Source of the DNA: Takakia lepidozioides
Lineage: Eukaryota > Plantae > Bryophyta
Length of the DNA: 64,000 bases
Direction: 5' to 3'
Assembly (NCBI GenBank): GCA_030704615.1
Contig: CM060734.1
Coordinates: 15,872,001 to 15,936,000 of the forward strand
Numbering within the stretch: the stretch's first letter is position 1; each line of letters opens with the position of its first letter. The position numbers were made by a program, and so were the translations under genes. The notes below the pieces were generated by a model. It saw only the letters and a list, made by a program, of their open reading frames with translations. It was not told where the DNA came from and did no database searches. Below are positions 59,472 through 64,000 of the stretch, piece after piece.

Positions 59472-62400
59472 CTATCCCAAGTAGTGTGGACATAACCAAT
59501 CTCCATCAGGAACCCTCTCAAGAGGTGGTGTCAAGCATCCCATATGCCAACCTCTTGAGCATCGATCACACACCAACATGGTGGCTGCCCCTTTGGCAGA
59601 CCCACAGAGCATGCACCTCAAACCTGCAGGTACCACTGTCAAGTTTGGGTCAACTCTGTCATCGACATTGGGAAGGTGACATGGCGCACAATTACGCACA
59701 TGGTCTTTCCAAGTCATGCCATCCCGACCCTCCAAGATTAGGACTCCTGAGGGCAACACCTCTCGAACCCTCAGAATAACACGCCCTGCAGTGACATCCA
59801 GGGTCGTAGGAGCAGTCTGCTGCAAATAAACATAGTCACCGGGGCTAAACCTCCAAACCCCAAGACGATATCCTCCACCACGTATAGTGGCATACCTCAA
59901 CGTATCACGGTGTTGTGCAATGGCAACGTTCTCAAAAGCCATGGGCATGACTTTCTTGAACAACTCTGCACGCTGACCACATGCACGTATCCACACGTCC
60001 GGATCGTCAAGGTTAAGGACTTGAGTAGTGTCCCTACAAATGGCTGCAGGCAAATCCGGCTCTCGGCCATAGAGAAATAAATACGGTGAGAAGGAGGCAA
60101 GTGATGCTTGTTTGCTGAACCTGTAGCCCATGGCTAACCAAGGCACCTGAAGATCCCAATCTCCTAGGTGTCCCTTCTGCAAGCCATACTTGCGCAAACC
60201 CCTCTTCACCGTCTGAACAACTCTCTCTGCCAAGCCATCGGCCTCAGGATGATCCCGAGAAGTGGTGCGGTGGTCTATCAAGGCTTTATCACACAAAGCC
60301 TGAAACTCCCCCAAGAACTCTCTCCCTTGGTCCGTGCGTACCTCAGCTAGAGCACCGAATCGGCTAAGCACACGATCCAAGAATGCATACGCACCCCCCT
60401 CACTAGCCTTGTCAGGTAATGGAACCAACTCAATCCACTTGGAGAAGTGCTCCACCATCACCAACACATATATGTGGTGACGCATAGTCAGTGGCAACAG
60501 TCCTGCGAAGTCAAGACTCCACCTGTAGCCCAATCCCATGATTGGTAAATGATGCAACTATGGTGTAGGGGCGTTGAATGAAGCACGCACCCTGTCACAC
60601 ACCATGCACCTAGCCACGAACTGTTGCACCTCTGTATGCATACCACGTCACCAATACTGCCCCTGCAGTAAATTGTGAGTGCGTCGCACTCCAAAATGCT
60701 CCAACTCCTCATGGGCATGCCGCACTAACCGTGCACGCTGTGTGGGGTGAGGCACAATCCGCACCCGACCATCCTCCCATACTCGGAGCAGGTGTATCCC
60801 CTCCCACTTGAACCTCTTGGCTCGTTGCAGGATCCGATCCCTCTCCTTGGCAGTCACACTGGCTGCCGTGTCTCCAGTACGGAGGTAGTCCAACACAGCC
60901 GAATCCTCATGTATATCTTGGGTACAACCTGGCTCATCACTAGCCTCAGGGTCCTCAGACACTCCGTCTATAGTCATCCCTGTTGTAGGTCCAACCTGAC
61001 CTCCCGATGCCAAGATACACAAAAAGGCAGATGCATGCCATCCCGACACCATCTCCTCGTTCGTCTCACCATGCCACCGAGCTCCAGTGTCATCCTGCTG
61101 GCTCGTGCATGGATTGCGACTCAATCCATCCGCATCCCGATTGACCAAAACCGGTCGATGCACAACCTGAAAGTCATACTCCTAGAGTATGAGTGCCCAC
61201 CATGCAAGCTTCCCCGTAAGCTTGTCTGACTCCATCAACCACTTGAGTGGTTGGTGATCCGTGACAAGGGTGAAGAGATTGCCGTATAGATAGCACTTGA
61301 AGTGTGCCACGGCCCACACTGCAGCTAAGCACTCTCCCTCATATGAGCTTTACTTAGCCTCTGCAGCGTTGTTCGAGCGGCTAGCATAAGCCACTACGAA
61401 CTCTCTTCCCTCGTCATCCACCTGTGTGAGCACCGCTCCAAGCCCCAGCATGCTCCAATCCGTATGCAACTGAAAGGGACGCCCCCTAATAGGTCGTCTT
61501 AGGATAGGCGCCAAGGTCAACCTCGCCTTGAGCTCTTGAAAAGCTCGTTCCTGCTCATCTTCCCACTGCCATTCCTGGTCCACCTTGGTCAGCTTGGTTA
61601 GAGCCTTTGCAATGGCACTAAATCCCTTGACAAACCGTCTATAATAGTTTGCCAACCCCATGAAAGCTCAAACTCGGCTCACATCCGTGGGGCGTGGAAT
61701 TTGTGCAATGGCCTCTACCTTAGTCTGCTGTACCCTCAATCCTCCAGGATATATCACGTGACCCTGATACTCAATGTGGTTGTGGAAAAACTTGCACTTC
61801 CCCGGATGCAACTTCAATCCGTGCGCTCTCAAGCGCTCCAATACCACCTGAAGGTGTCTCTCATGCTCCTCCACCATAGCACTAAAGATGATGATGTCAT
61901 CTATGTAACACCGAGCAAAGTCCACCCCTGCTAGAATCCTATCCATGACTCTCTGAAACTCTGCAAGAGCATTCTTAAGCCCAAATGGTAAGAACCGCCA
62001 CTGATATAGGCAATCCTTGCCGTGCTCATTGATCCCGCAGAATGTCGTCTTCTGCTTGTCCGCCTCCTTGATCGGCAACTGGTGATATCCGGATCGTAAA
62101 TCCAAAATGCTAAAGAACTTTAGCATGCCCGATGGCATCAAAGATCTCCTCTGGTGTTGGCATGGCATACTTATCGGACTTGGTCTGACGATTTACAGGC
62201 CGGTAATCACCACACATACGTCTCTCCGTCCAATTGCCATAGATATCCTTCTTGGCTGGCATCACTGTGGCTGAAGCATACTCTCCACCAGAGAACTCCA
62301 CCAAAACAGCCTCCCAGAAATCTTGAGTCCTCATCTGAATCAAAGACCTCTCCATGTCACTGTATCTATAGGGTCTCCAAAAGATTGGCGTGTCAGTGGC

Positions 62401-62601
62401 CAACTCAATATGAATCTCTTGACCCTTCAGTGCTCCCAAGTCCTTCAAACTGAAGGCAAAGCAATTCCTGTAAGCCCTCAGGAACCGCCGTATACGTCGT
62501 CTCTCTCCTCTGGTGACAATGGGTCCAATGTAAGGCTCCCAATTGTCCTCCGTAACTGCAACCTTAAGTCCAGTGGGCTTAGAGGTAGAGGACGCGTCCA
62601 A
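59472..62601 (-). pseudogene. pol: RT, RNase H, integrase, C-terminal PHD finger (frameshifted)
   Basis: [29 protein letters not shown]; FQLHTDWS...VVAYASR; HEELEHFG; LDFAG...TDQGREF...ADGLAER; CMLC...LVCDRCSRGWHMGCLTPPLERVPDGDWLCP. Confidence 0.95.
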
Positions 62602-62607
62602 TGGTTG

Positions 62608-63765
62608 CTATGTTGCAACCTCTTGAGCAGTACTCCCTGCCTGCTCAGTCAATGACAAGGCCTCATCCTGCCCCATCATCTCATCCTCGAGGACTTCCTC
62701 AACCCGAGAAAAATCCCCAACCTCATCCATCACTGCCGCCCTGGCTGCCAACTCCCTCTGAACCTCGAGCACCTCCCACGTGTGCCATGGATGCCTGCAC
62801 CCCGTGGTCCTCTTATGATCGCCCCCACTCACTGCCTGTACCATCTCGGTAGGCAGAGAGACCATCGAGGGAAATGTACTCCGCACTCTGCGTTGCTCAG
62901 CCATAGCCAAGCTGATAATCCAGGTTATGCAATTGAGATCCATTGCTTGCCCCAACACCTGACGACATGATGCCTCAGAAAGAGACGGCACCGCCGTGGT
63001 ACTAGTGGTAAAACCCATTGCCCGCTCACGCTCGTCAGCATTAGGCTCCACTAACTGCTGTAACTGAGCATCCCATAGGAGGCCAGGTCCACTATCCCGG
63101 AAAGCATGCGATCTTGGGAAGCTGAGCAGTGTAGGTAATGCTGCTCGTGGTTGACCCACCTTATTGACCACTGCCAAAGGCGAATGGTCATTGTGTCTCA
63201 CATGCTGAGACTGCCTCCCTGTGTCCAAAATGCTATCCACTGTGAGGTGTGCTGGCCGCTGCACCCCATCAAATGCACGCTTGAGCAGTGCGGGTGACAT
63301 CAAGTTAGTCCACCATAGCCGTGGACGATGAGCCCGTGACCCCACTGTAGCTGCATCTAGCAACACTGCTGACCCAAGCCACGACCGGACTTGATGCACA
63401 TTGGCCATCACCTTGGCCCGAGAATCGCCCATCAGTGGCACATTCTCCAAGATGTATGCTGGAGATACAGCTTGATGAAGCTGCAAATGGCGCAAAACCC
63501 GCACCATCTCCCAAAACAGACCCAACCTCGAGTCTCGCAATCCATTGTCATGCCCGGCTGATGAATGCCCTTGGCAGGGCCAACCTACCACTACCAGATC
63601 AATGGAGCCAACCCGCTCCAAATCCTGCGCCCCCAGCAACGAAATGTCTGCTGGCAAGGCCTGCTGATATCCACGAACTGCAAACACCGGCAACAACTCA
63701 GGGTACTGCTGCACCAACTGAGCAACATGACGAAGTGAAATGCGTCGTGCACTGAGGTGGTCCTA
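62608..63765 (-). pseudogene. C5-cytosine DNA methyltransferase domain inside pol (motif I apparently deleted)
   Basis: IDLVVVGWPCQG (IV), YILENV (VI), AHRPRLWWTN (VIII), ERERAMGF (IX), RQVLGQAM (X). Confidence 0.92.
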
Positions 63766-64000
63766 GTGCAATCCCCGCACTCTCCTCCTCTCTTGATGGT
63801 ACAAAAGCCTCCACCCAGGCTTGTTGTACCCGTCGATCAGCAACCCGCTTGCAAATCCTTGCTCGTGCCCCACAATGGAGTCTGAGCAACCATGGCAGAC
63901 AACTCCGCCATACCATACATGTCATCCTGCTCTCCTGGAGGTATGTCATCCTCTGAATGAGCGTTGCCCTCTAGCAACTCTCCAGGCCAAGTCACTGCAG

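Larger units (their letters stand above)
58525..64000 (-). mobile_element. Ty3/Gypsy LTR retrotransposon encoding C5-cytosine methyltransferase and PHD finger (runs off window)
   Basis: Domain order MTase-RT-RNase H-integrase-PHD, then PPT and LTR. Confidence 0.93.

Overview
Eukaryotic, almost certainly land-plant DNA. Evidence: an intact dirigent gene, a GT92 fragment, spliceosomal GT-AG introns, and transposon families typical of non-seed plants such as bryophytes; the taxon is inferred. The window is mostly nested, decayed transposons around one intact host gene (dirigent, 16451-16987). In order: (1) 3' part and LTR of a chromodomain Ty3/Gypsy. (2) Two diverged copies (~3.1-13.7 kb; ~18.3-38.8 kb) of a large Mutator-like element that pairs a GCM-type zinc-finger DDE transposase head-to-head with a multi-exon gene fusing a ParB/Srx-like domain to a beta-class N4C/N6A DNA-methyltransferase-like domain; the element carries ~30 copies of the 22-bp palindrome AACCTTGCGT-NN-ACGCAAGGTT. 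(3) A 12-kb hAT element (8-bp TSD GAGTGGGG) inserted in copy 2, carrying a protein-kinase pseudogene, an unknown gene, a DUF659-type transposase and long palindrome arrays. (4) Two fragments of a non-LTR retrotransposon that together give RT-chromodomain-RNase H-CCHC-RLE (Dualen/RandI-like). (5) A GT92 pseudogene, Gypsy, L1 and CACTA debris, and tandem repeats. (6) A Ty3/Gypsy with a C5-cytosine methyltransferase upstream of RT and a PHD finger on the integrase. Four unrelated TE families here carry chromatin writer or reader domains. All domain calls are by-eye motif recognition, not database searches.
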